64,000 bases of DNA, taken from the human T2T-CHM13v2.0 reference genome, Homo sapiens. The position numbers were made by a program, and so were the translations under genes. This document shows positions 54,403 through 64,000 of this stretch, piece after piece (positions within the stretch are counted from its first letter, which is position 1; each line of letters starts with the position of its first letter). A model generated the notes under the pieces. It searched no databases. It saw nothing but the letters and a program-made list of their open reading frames with translations, and was not told where the DNA came from. The stretch is from NCBI GenBank assembly GCA_009914755.4, contig CP068257.2, positions 21,376,001 to 21,440,000 on the forward strand. Direction: 5' to 3'.

Positions 54403-54560
54403 ACCTAGATGATCAGTTGATAGGTGCAGCCAATCACCATGGCACACATTCACCTATGTAAAAAACCTACACATCTTGTACATGTATCCTGGAACTTAAA
54501 ATAAAATAAAATAAAAATAAAATTAATAAATTAAATTATTATTAATTAAATTATTAAATC

Positions 54561-54838
54561 AATTGGGACTTGGAGGCAAAGACGGGAGGATTGTTTTCAG
54601 GAGTTTGAAACCAGCCTGGGGAACATGGCAGGACCTCGTTTCTACAAAACACAAAATGGTAGCTGTGTGTGGTGATGCATGCCTGTCGTCCCAACTACTT
54701 TGAAGGCTGAGGTGGGAGGATTGCTTGAGCTTAGAGGATTAAGACTGCAGTAAGCAATGATTGCACCACTGTACTCCAGCCTGACAACAAAGCAAGACTC
54801 TGTCTCAAAAATAAAGAAATACATAAAATAAAATAAAG
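54561..54838 (+). mobile_element. Old Alu (AluJ/S-like), 5'-truncated by about 35 bp
   Basis: 'gggacttggaggcaaagacgggaggattgttttcaggagtttgaaaccagcctggggaacatggcaggacctcgtttctacaaaacacaaaatggtagctgtgtgtggtgatgcatgcctgtcgtcccaactactttgaaggctgaggtgggaggattgcttgagcttagaggattaagactgcagtaagcaatgattgcaccactgtactccagcctgacaacaaagcaagactctgtctcaaaaataaag'. Confidence 0.8.
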
Positions 54839-57834
54839 TTGTAATATAGTAATACAATTAAATCCTACTCTACGATAAAAAGAAGAAATAACTGTTGCAC
54901 TTAACAGTATGGATTAATTTTAGTAGCATATGTTGAATGAAATAAGCCAAACATTATTTATATGAAATTTGAAAAGACCAAAACTAGACCAAAGAACCCC
55001 TTACATTGGAGACCAAAGAACAAAAAGCAAAGGAGTTATTGCTTGGGCCTAGGATGGAGGGACTGACTTTATTTGGCAGGTGGAAACCTTTCGAGATAAC
55101 ATTACTTGGGTGCTAATATTGAATCATACACTTAAATGATGTGTAGCTATAAAGATTATTAACAACAAAAAAAAACACTTCCTCTGTCTTATGATGAAGA
55201 TTCCTTTACTTCTCAAAATGCCCTTCATGCATTGCTCAGTCAATCATCAACGTAGAGTGCCCTTTGTTTATCCTCTGTCAGGGAAGGAGCTTTGTACTGT
55301 TAGATATATTTTAATTCCTTTAAAATTAGAGCTGTGTTTTTCTCAGTTAGGGTTTACTATAAGGTCTTAACTAGCAAATATGAACATTAGTTATTCCAGG
55401 AGAAAACAACAAAGATAAAAAAGAAACAATCTAAAGAATTTAGATATAAAATTTTAATTTTTCATTAATAGTAGCAAAATAAAAGAAACCCTAAGTAGAA
55501 TTCAGTACACTACATGATAAAAAGGTAGACCTTATTTAATGAAAATTAAAGTGTCAATGTTTAAAATTACTTTTGTTCAATTTCATTTTTCTTAATAATA
55601 AAATGTAGACCTTGGATAGAACCATTATGGTGTGCTCTTCACATATGAGAAAATCAATATGCCTTCAAACAAGAGCACATCTAAACTATTTTCTATTAAT
55701 AATTTTTTACATTTTCATTAGAGAGTTCCAGTAAAAACCCGAGTTTATAATTATCATTTTGCTTGTCATCATCTATCTTTGAATAATACTATTTAGTTTG
55801 AAAGGTTAATTGGCTATGAGCCATCTATGATATAATGAATAATTTCAATCACCTGACTTGTATGCTACACTTAGTTTTCTGAAATATATTATCTTTCACT
55901 TCTGTCAGTTTGCATAGTTCTAATTCTTTAATAATCCACTGACCAGAAACAGATATGTTAACTTTAAAACACATGGCCCTAACACTGTTTTAAAAATATG
56001 TTCATACATTGATAAGTCAAGCTTTCTATAATATGTTGAAATATTTAAATACATATCTTAGTCAGACACTTTTGTGTTTGTTATAATTCTTAAAAGAATA
56101 AAATGTTTTTATACTTTATTGAGGAGGTAAATGCTAAGTATCTGAGACATTCAATTATTTATAAGAACTCATTCTCAGAGACACAAAAATGCTATCAAGC
56201 TTAAATTTCTGGAACTAGTAAATGTTTCTATGCTTTATGAAAATTTTATGGATTAATGACTGGAGAGAATGCTAAGATCCTCATGAAATTGTAGAACTGG
56301 GAAGGAGGACTAGTGCTATTATAGAAATTCTCTAAGTAAAATAATTTGTTCCTTGAGTTGACAGGAAGTTTAGTGGGAAAAAGTGGAAAGAGTTAAAGTA
56401 GGCCCAATCAAATACGAAAATTTAATGCATGAAAAGGTAGTGCTATTTATTGATATCTTAATAAACAGCATTGACACAAAAGGATAGCCATTAGCAGTAC
56501 AATAAAATTAGATCCATAACACATTCCAAACACAAGAGTGAATGTCAAAATGATCAGCCATATAAACATAAAAAAATGAAATAATAAAATACTGGAAAAT
56601 ACTTAAGTGAATTCCTTCATACTCTGGGTATAATAATATTAAACTATGCTTCAAAAACTGGGTGCAGAAAAGATAAATTTGATTAATTCAGTAATATTGC
56701 CAAAAACTTTTACATGCAAAATAACAAAATCCTAAGTAACTTCAAGAGTAAAATGAGAAACTGAAAAAAAGTATATCATAAAGGATTTATGCCATTAAAT
56801 AACATTGTTATTTAATCACCTCCCACCCAGTAGCAGAATTAGTAGATTTTATGATAGTTTTATTTTTAATTTTTTGAGGATTGCATTTCTAAGTAGCTTT
56901 TAAAAATTACTGGAAAAACGGAATGAAAATCCAGGAGAAAAAATATGCAAAAGGTATGAACAGATAATATTAAAGTAATATAAACATTGCCTTACACATG
57001 TGCAAGACGTCCAGTTTCATGCAATAAGAGATTTACAAGTTAAACCTAGATTGAAACATTTTTCTCACCTATTAAAATTACAAAAATTCAAAATTTTGAT
57101 AGAATACTGTGCTGGTAAAACCATGCCAAATAGCCACTCATATATGGCCAAAGGGAAGGAGGAATGGTAGAATTTCTATGGCTGGAAATATGGCACTAAG
57201 CAGAGAAACTGATGCAGTAAGCCCACTACTAAGAAATTCCTTGAAATTACACACCTAAAACAATATGAAAATAATCACAGTTATTAATTGTAGCATCAAC
57301 TATAAGGTCACACTATTGGAAGTAATCTTAATGCTCACACATAAAAATAGCTAAATAAACTAAGGTATAGCCACACAATTTTTTACAATGCAGAGATTTA
57401 AAAAAAGGAAAAATGTCTCTATCAACTGCTAAGGAATGATAGCAAGGATATATATTGTTAAGTAACAAAGAGGAAAGTGTAAAGTAGTGTAAATAGTGTG
57501 TTGCCATTTATAGTAAATACCTTGGCAAAAATAAGCAAAGAAATGATAAAGCAAATGTTATAAATCTGGTTACCTAAAGAGAATGATTGATAAATGTAAG
57601 AAATAATGGGAAAGGGTTTTTAATTTTGAAATTATGTTACCAATTTATATATTTCAGTAGATATAAATGTTAAGAAATGAAAAAGAAAATTCGAAACAAT
57701 GCAAAAACAAAATATATTAAATTGATAACATAAATACATTGAAGAAAAAAATAATACAAGTAACTTTGACATGTATTTGAATCCAAAGACAAAAAGAAAC
57801 TTAGATATTTTGAAAAGGAAATTTGTTTGCTCTC

Positions 57835-58450
57835 ATATGTTTGTTGCACCACTGTTTACAGTAGGTAAGATTTGGAAGCACTCTAGGTGTCCATAAACAG
57901 GTGAATGGATAAAGAAAATGTAAACATCCACAATGGAGTACCACTCAGCCATAAAAAAAGAATGAGATCCAGTCATTTGCAACAACATGGATGGAACTGG
58001 AGATCATAATGTAAGTGAAATAGGCACAGAAAGACAAACAATGCATGTTCTCATTTATTTGTGGGATCTAAAAATCAGAACAATTGAACTAATGGACACA
58101 GAGAGAGGATGGTTACCAGAGGCTGGGAAGGGTAGTGGAAGATTGGGAGGGGAGATGAAGATGGTTAATGGGTGCAAAAAATAAGAAATAAAAAAGAATG
58201 AATAAGATCTACCATTTGATAGCACAATAAGGTGACTATCATCAATAATAACTTAATTGTATATTTTTAAATAACTTAAATAATGTAATTGGATTATTTG
58301 TAATTCAAAGTATAAATGCTTGAGGGAATGGATACCCCATTCTCTCATTCTCTATGATGTGCTTATTTCACATAGCATGCCTATATCAAAACATCTCATA
58401 TACCCCATAAATATATATACCTAATATGTATCCACACAAAATTAAAAAAG
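57835..58450 (+). mobile_element. L1M (L1MA/MB-like) 3' end, sense, ending in an A-rich tail
   Basis: '...gtttacagtaggtaagatttggaagcactctaggtgtccataaacaggtgaatggataaagaaaatgtaaacatccacaatggagtaccactcagccataaaaaaagaatgagatccagtcatttgcaacaacatggatggaactggagatcataatgtaagtgaaataggcacagaaagacaaacaatgcatgttctcatttatttgtgggatctaaaaatcagaacaattgaactaatggacacagagagaggatggttaccagaggctgggaagggtagtgg...ggttaatgggtgcaaaaaataa...gatctaccatttgatagcacaataaggtgactatcatcaataataacttaattgtatatttttaaataac...gcttgagggaatggataccccattctc...ccccataaatatatatacctaatatgtatccacacaaaattaaaaaag' matches the L1M 3'-end consensus from memory. Confidence 0.78.
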
Positions 58451-58777
58451 AAATAAATTTTGATATTTTCTTTAAATATATTTAATTAACCAATAAAGAT
58501 CATATATATTCTGATTACTCAGTGTGATAATTTAATATATACAATATTGAGTAATAATTATCAAAACAAATAGGGGCCTGCCTCTTAAAAAGAAAGATAT
58601 TTTGAACCCAACTTCATAGGTTTGTTGTTCATAGTGCAGTTGGTATAACACTTTTGAAAATATATTAAACAAAGGGTAAGTATATTAATATATTTGAGAA
58701 TTCTCACTGTGGGAAATGGAGAATACATGTATGTAATGGCATAAGTTTAGATGGATATTAGAAGTAGCAGAATAAAC

Positions 58778-61700
58778 CCATAATTTTTATTTTAGAGCTT
58801 TATTGAGATATAATGCATATACTCTTCACCCACTTAGGATGTGCAATACAATGAAGTGTTCTCAGAGTTGTGCCTCCATCATCACAATCAAGTTTAGAAC
58901 ATTTTCATTAGCCCCAAAAGAAACTCCATAACCAATAATGGTTATTCCTTATTTCTCTAACTCCTCCACCGCCAGTTCTCCTCTCCCCAACCTTCCTGGC
59001 CTTATACAATCACTTGTCTACATTTTTTCTCTATATGTTTGCATATCTAAACATTTAAACAATTATTATATCTAACTTTAATTGTATATCCTTTGACCAA
59101 GATCACCCAATCCCTCTCCTCCTACTTAGCTCAGCCTCTGGTAACCACTACTCAACTCTCTGCTTCTACGAGTTCCACTTTTTAGATTCCACATATGTGA
59201 GATCATGTGGTATTTCTGTCCTGGCTTATTTCTCTTAGCATGAAATCATCCAGGTTCATTGATGTTGTCACAAATGGTGGGATTTTGTTCCTGTTTGTGA
59301 CCGAATACTCTTCCATTATGTAAATATACCACATTTTCTTTAGTGATTCTTCTGCTAATAGACACTTAGGTTGATTTCATGTCTTGGTTATTGTGAATAA
59401 TGCTGCAATGAATGTGGAAATGCAGGCATCCCTTCTATATACTGATGTAATTTTCCTTGGATTTATATGCAGTACTGAGGGAGTGGATTGTATGGTAGTT
59501 CTATTTTTACATTTTCTGAGGAAACTCCATGCTGTTTTCCCTAATAGCACTAATTTATATTCCCACTAACAGTGACAATTTTGGCACATTATTTACAATA
59601 TTTATCTTCTGCCTTTTTGATAATAGTAATCCTAGTAGAAATTAGGTAATATTTCATTTTGGTTTTGATTTTCCATATCCTAATGATTATGATGTTGAGC
59701 ATATTTTAATATACAGGTTGGCCATTTGTATGTTTTCATTTGAAACGTATCTATTCAAGTCTTTTAGCCATTTTTAAAAGGGTTATTTGTTTTCTTGCTA
59801 TTAAGTTCCTTATATATTTTGAATATTAACTCCTTATCAGATGTATATTTTGCAAATTTTTTTCCATTTTGTAGATTGCCTCTTCACTGCTGTACAGAAG
59901 CTTTTTTCACTTTAAATAGTATAATTTGTCTAATTTTTACTTTTGAGGTTTTAAATAGAAAATCCTTGACCAGCCCACACGAATGTCGTGGAGCTTTTCC
60001 CTAGTAGCTTTCACAGTTTGGGATCTTACATTTAAATATGTAATCCATTTTCAGTTGATTTTTGAATATGGTGAGACATAGAGAGTCTTGTTTATTCTTC
60101 TGCATGTGAATATCCAGTTTTCACAGCACCATTTTTTGAGGAGGCTATCTTTTTCTCATTGGGTGTTCTTGCCAGATTTATTGAAAATCAGTTGGCTATA
60201 AATGCACATATTTATTTTTGGGCTCTCTGTTCTGTTCCATTGGTCTATGTGTCTGCTTTTATGCTACTACCATAATGTTTTGGTTACTATATCTTTATAG
60301 ATAATTTTAAAGTCAGGTACTGTTATGATTTCAGCTTTGGCTATTTGGGGTTCTTTTGTGATTTGATACTAATTTTAGGATTTTTTTTTCAATTTATGTG
60401 AAGAATGCCATTGGTGTTTTCATGAGCATTGCATTAAATCTGTAGATCACTTTGGGTACACTTTAACAATGTTCATTCTTCTATTTAATGAAAATGAAAA
60501 ATCTATATATTTATGTTTTCTTCAATTTATTTAATCAATGATTTATAGTTTTCAGTGTAAGATCCTTCACCTCCTTGGTTAAAGTTTTTTCTAGGGTTTT
60601 TTTTCTAAATAGCTGTTGTAAATGAAATTGTCTTCTTGAATTCTTTTTTTCAGATAGTTTACTATTAGTATATAGAAATGTAACTGATTTTTTGTGTGTT
60701 GATTTTGTATCTTGCAACTTTACTGGATTTATATATTAATTCTAACTGTTTTCTGGTGTAATCCATAGAGTTTTTTATATGTAACATCATGTCATCTGCA
60801 AACAGATAATTTACCTTTTTAATTTCTCTTTCAATCCCTTTTATTTCTTTCTTCTGTCTAATTGCTCTGGCTAGGACTTCTAGTACTATGTTGAATAGAA
60901 GTGATGAAAGTGGACATCCTTGTCTTGTGCTAGATTTTAGAGGAAAAGCTTTCAACTTTTCTCTGTTCCGTATGGTGTTATTTCTAAGTTTGTCATATAT
61001 GGGTTTTATTGTGTTGAGGTACATTTCTTCTGTAACTAATTGTTGAGAGTTTCTTTTATTTTCATGAAGGGATGTTAAATTTTGTAAAATGTTTTTCTGT
61101 ATGTATAAAATGTTTTTCTGTATGTATAAATCATATTTCTAGCCTATTTTATTTATTTCATTCTGATCTTTATTATTTCCTTTCTTCTAGTAATTCGGGA
61201 TATAATTTGTTCTTGTTTTTTTTTTTGGTTCTCTGAGATGTGAATTTTGTCCTTCATTCTATTAATGTGGTGTATTATGCTTATTGATTTGCATATGTTG
61301 AACTATCCTTGCATCCCTGGGATGAATCTTACTTGATCATGGTGAATGAATGTTTTAATTTGCTGTTGAATTGGGTTTGCTAGTATTTGGTTGAATATGC
61401 TTGTATTATTCATGTTCAGCAGGAATATTAGCTTGCAGTCTTTACTGTTGTGGCTGTGTTCCTTGTCTGGTTTTGGTATTAGGGTAATTCTGGAATCATA
61501 GAATGAGTTTGAAAGTATTTAATCCTCTTAAATTTTTTGGAATAGTTTGAGAAAAAATAGTATTAATTGTTTTTAAAAATATTTGGTATAATTCAGCAAT
61601 GAAGATAACACTATTAGTTTTTTTGCGTTTTTTTTGTTTGTTTGCTTGTTTGTTTTTTGTATGGGAGTTTTTTAACTACTTATTAAATTTCCCTACTTGT

Positions 61701-62335
61701 TACTGGTCTGTTCAGATTTTCTGTTTCTTCCTAATTGAATTTTGGTAGGTTACATGTTTCAAGGAACTTATCCATTTTTTTAGGTAATTCATTTGTTGGT
61801 GTATAATTTGTTCATGATAGTCTCATAATCATTTCTATTCCTTTGGTATCAATTGTAATGTATTATTTTCTTCTGTTATTTTATTTATTAGAGTTTTCTC
61901 TGTTTTTCTTTAGCTAAAAGTTTATTAATTTTGTTTATCTTTTTAAATACTAACTCTTCATTTTGTTGATATTTTGTATCATATTTCTAGCCCATTTTCT
62001 TTCTTTCTTTCTGACTCTTACCATTTCCTTTCTTCTATTAATTTGAGGTATAGTTTGTTCTTGTTTTTTCAGTTCTCTGAGATGCAATGCTTGTTTATTC
62101 AAGATCTTTTTTTTCTTTTTGGTTGCTGGAATTTATTGCTATGAATTTCCCTCTTAGGACTGTTTTTGCCATATTCCGTAGGTTTTGATATGTTGTATTT
62201 ACATTTTGTTTCCAAACATTTTTTGAATTTTCCTTTTAATTTCTTCAGTAATATAGTGGTTATTCAGGATTACATCATTTCATTTCTATATATTTGTGAA
62301 GTTTCTGAAATTCCCCTCATTATTGATTTCTAGTT
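58778..62335 (-). mobile_element. L1M (L1MB/MC-like), about 3.5 kb covering 3'UTR and ORF2, antisense. Contains an internal duplication of about 125 bp, so it is possibly two overlapping fragments.
   Basis: Antisense L1M hallmarks: 'tttattgagatataatgcatatactcttcacccacttaggatgtgcaatacaatgaagtgttctcagagttgtgcctccatcatcacaatcaagtttagaacattttcattagccccaaaagaaactcc...ccactttttagattccacatatgtgagatcatgtggtatttctgtcctggcttatttctcttagcatgaaatcatccaggttcattgatgttgtcacaaatggtgggattttgttcc...aataacatcatgtcatctgcaaacagataatttacctttttaatttctctttcaatccctt...ctggctaggacttctagtactatgttgaatagaagtgatgaaagtggacatccttgtcttgtgc'. The segment 'tcatatttctagcc...ttcctttcttcta..aatt.g.gatata.tttgttcttgtttttt...ttctctgagatg' occurs at 61118-61245 and again at 61975-62095. 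Confidence 0.78.
60665..61024 (-). pseudogene. L1M ORF2 RT-domain remnant
   Basis: Track ORF '...[88 protein letters not shown]' matches L1 ORF2 '...[63 protein letters not shown]...[18 protein letters not shown]'. Confidence 0.75.
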
Positions 62336-62357
62336 TTTTAAACTCCTTTAAATTTAA

Positions 62358-62400
62358 GACAGAGTGAGACTCCATCTCAAAAAGGAAAAAAAAAAGACAA
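62358..62400 (+). mobile_element. Short Alu 3'-terminal fragment with A-rich tail
   Basis: 'gacagagtgagactccatctcaaaaaggaaaaaaaaaa'. Confidence 0.45.
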
Positions 62401-62984
62401 AAGAAAAAAGCAAAGAGAAGAAAAACTTCAGCCAAATTAAATTTAAAGGAGTTTAATTGAGCAATGAACCATTCGCAAATCAGGCAGAACAAGTTTGTAG
62501 ACTAAAAAAGGAAGTGACATACAGAAATCAGAAGTGAGGCACAGAAACAGCTAGATGGTTATATGTTGGCATTTGCCTTGTTTGAACACAGTTTGAACAC
62601 TCAACAGTCTATGATCAGTTGAAGTATGGCTGCTGGCATTGGCTAAGACTCTGCTATTATTACAGGCACATACTCCTAAGTTAGGTTTTCAATCTTGCCT
62701 ACCTATTAAGTATCCACAAGGACTCAGAGATAAAAGTATGGAGTCTTTCTCAGGCCATACTTCGTTCACTTTAACAGAAAGCATATGTTAACATGTGTGG
62801 AATCATTCCTTTAAGTGTTCTTTGGTTAAAACAGGAAAACCATATAACTGCTCATTCTCCTTTTGGTGCCGTTTTTATGCAGGCATTTTGACAACTGCTA
62901 TCTTTCACATTTTACCTACACCAAAAATCAGTTTCTTTGTTTCCTTAAGAAATTTACTTACTCTCTGTAAATTTGAAAATTTGA

Positions 62985-63160
62985 TCTTTCTTCTTTCTTT
63001 TCTTTCTCTCTTTCTTTTCTCTTTCTTTCTTTTTTTCTCTCTCTCTCCTTCCTTCTTTCCTTCCTCCGCTCTTCGTTCCTTTCTTTTCCTTTCTTTATTT
63101 CTCTCTATTTCTCTCTTCCCACCCCTCTTTTTCCCCCTCTCTCTGTCTCTCTCTGTAAAT
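62985..63160. repeat. Polypyrimidine (CTTT/TTCT/CT)n tract of about 175 bp, essentially pyrimidine-only on the + strand
   Basis: 'tctttcttctttcttttctttctctctttcttttctctttctttctttttttctctctctctccttccttctttccttcctccgctcttcgttcctttcttttcctttctttatttctctctatttctctcttcccacccctctttttccccctctctctgtctctctctg'. Confidence 0.93.
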
Positions 63161-64000
63161 TGAGCTTATTTAAAGTTTTTTTTTTTTTTAATGTAATCTG
63201 TCTTCATAAACCTGAGTAGGTCTGAAAGTTCAGGGAATTGTTTTTAAAATATCAAGTGACTTTTTCATTTGATGTGCATTTAAATGTTTTCTGGGGTGTA
63301 AAATTACAATCTTCGTGGTCATTTGTATTCACCATTGACATACTAGTAACTTACTTTGGCTGAGGCTTAGGCTTCATTTGCCGATGGACTATAGACTTTT
63401 AATTGAGAGCATGATGAGAATTGTTTTTCCTTCTTTTCTTTGTTTTAAGACAATGTTTTATGTTTTCCCACTGAATATTAAAATTTGTATATCTAGACAT
63501 CTCACACCGTGATTTCTCCCAGTGAAAAATTCTTAGGAGAAAAGCATTCATCTCAGTTAAATGCTTATATGACAAAAATTTCAAAGTTTTGAAATTCTGA
63601 TTAGCCTTACTGCAGGCAAAGTCTCTTAGAAGAAAGACTCTATCCTCATATTCTCAGGTCAGGAGCAATGTATTCATAATATCAAGGACTATAGAGCCAT
63701 AAATATGGCTTCCAATCAGTTCTGGTTCTAATCTGTCAAACCTATTTACACAGAAAAATAATGTTTGATAACGGCATATTAAATATGCTTTTGTTTGCAG
63801 ACTTTTTGTGGCGTTGTTTTTATTTTACTCTGTATTTAAATTTGTTTCTTTCTACAAATTCTCCTTTTGTCTTTGAACTATACCAAAAGATCTAACTTTT
63901 CCTGATTTATATTTTATAATATTGATTATTTAAAGGAATTATCCAAAATGTATTCAAGGATAGAGCTTAATATGATGCTTAATCAATTTTCTAATAGTTT

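Larger units (their letters stand above)
52717..54555 (+). mobile_element. L1P ORF2 C-terminal half plus 3'UTR, sense, ending in an A/T-rich tail. It is the 3' part of the same twin-primed L1 insertion and carries a nested Alu.
   Basis: 'agaaccaaaaaagagcctatgtaaccaagacaatcgtaagcaaaaagaacaaagctggaggcattaggctacccaacttcaaactatactacaaggctacagtaaccaaaacagtatggcactggtacaaaaacagacacatagaccaatggagcagaatagag...' translates to '[49 protein letters not shown]...', which matches L1 ORF2. It continues through '...ccatataatactatgcagccataaaaacgaaaaagatcatgttctttgcagagacatgggtaaagctggaagccattgtcctcagcaaactaacacaggaacagaaaaccagacaccacatattcttacttataagtgggagctgtacaataagaacatacagacacagggagtggaacaacatacattggggcctgtc' and, after the Alu, '...caatcaccatggcacacattcacctatgtaaaaaacctacacatcttgtacatgtatcctggaacttaaaataaaataaaat'. 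Confidence 0.9.

Noticed and set aside
55000-57800. AT-rich stretch with faint resemblance to ancient L1M/L2 ORF2 (for example 'ggtagaatttctatggctggaaatatggcact')
   Set aside because: It is too diverged for me to align confidently from memory. I left it unannotated. RepeatMasker may well call old LINE fragments here.
62795-63163. 122-aa ORF rich in S/L/F
   Set aside because: It is the translation of the 175-bp polypyrimidine (CTTT)n tract. It is low complexity and has no plausible start context.

Overview
This window is primate (hominoid, most likely human) nuclear DNA. It is not prokaryotic and contains no novel system. It is AT-rich and dominated by interspersed repeats. It holds about 15 Alu SINEs, including several young-looking copies with intact poly-A tails and perfect target-site duplications (TSDs). 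It holds at least 10 L1 LINE segments. One of these is an L1P insertion of about 2.85 kb with a 5' inversion of the kind produced by twin priming; it also contains an expanded (TTTC)n and a nested Alu. There is a HERV9-family LTR12 solo LTR, several MaLR LTRs (THE1, MST and MLT-like), one MER1-type hAT DNA-transposon fossil, and many microsatellites: (AC)21, (GATA)n, (TTTC)n, (CT)n, a 175-bp polypyrimidine tract, and about 1.5 kb of TA-rich complex repeat. I find no convincing protein-coding exon, tRNA, rRNA or CRISPR array, and no operon-like organisation. Every ORF in the six-frame track is short (<=152 aa) and is explained by Alu sequence, simple repeats or L1 ORF2 remnants. The window is probably intergenic or deep intronic, gene-poor DNA. 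The most interesting structures are rearrangements and insertions: the twin-primed L1, an LTR12 inserted at the centre of a palindrome built from inverted L1 fragments, closely spaced inverted Alu pairs, an unclassified degenerate tandem array of roughly 65-70 bp units at about 50.25-50.83 kb, and young Alus that could be polymorphic. All repeat family names come from my memory of consensus sequences, not from a database search, and should be confirmed with RepeatMasker/Dfam.
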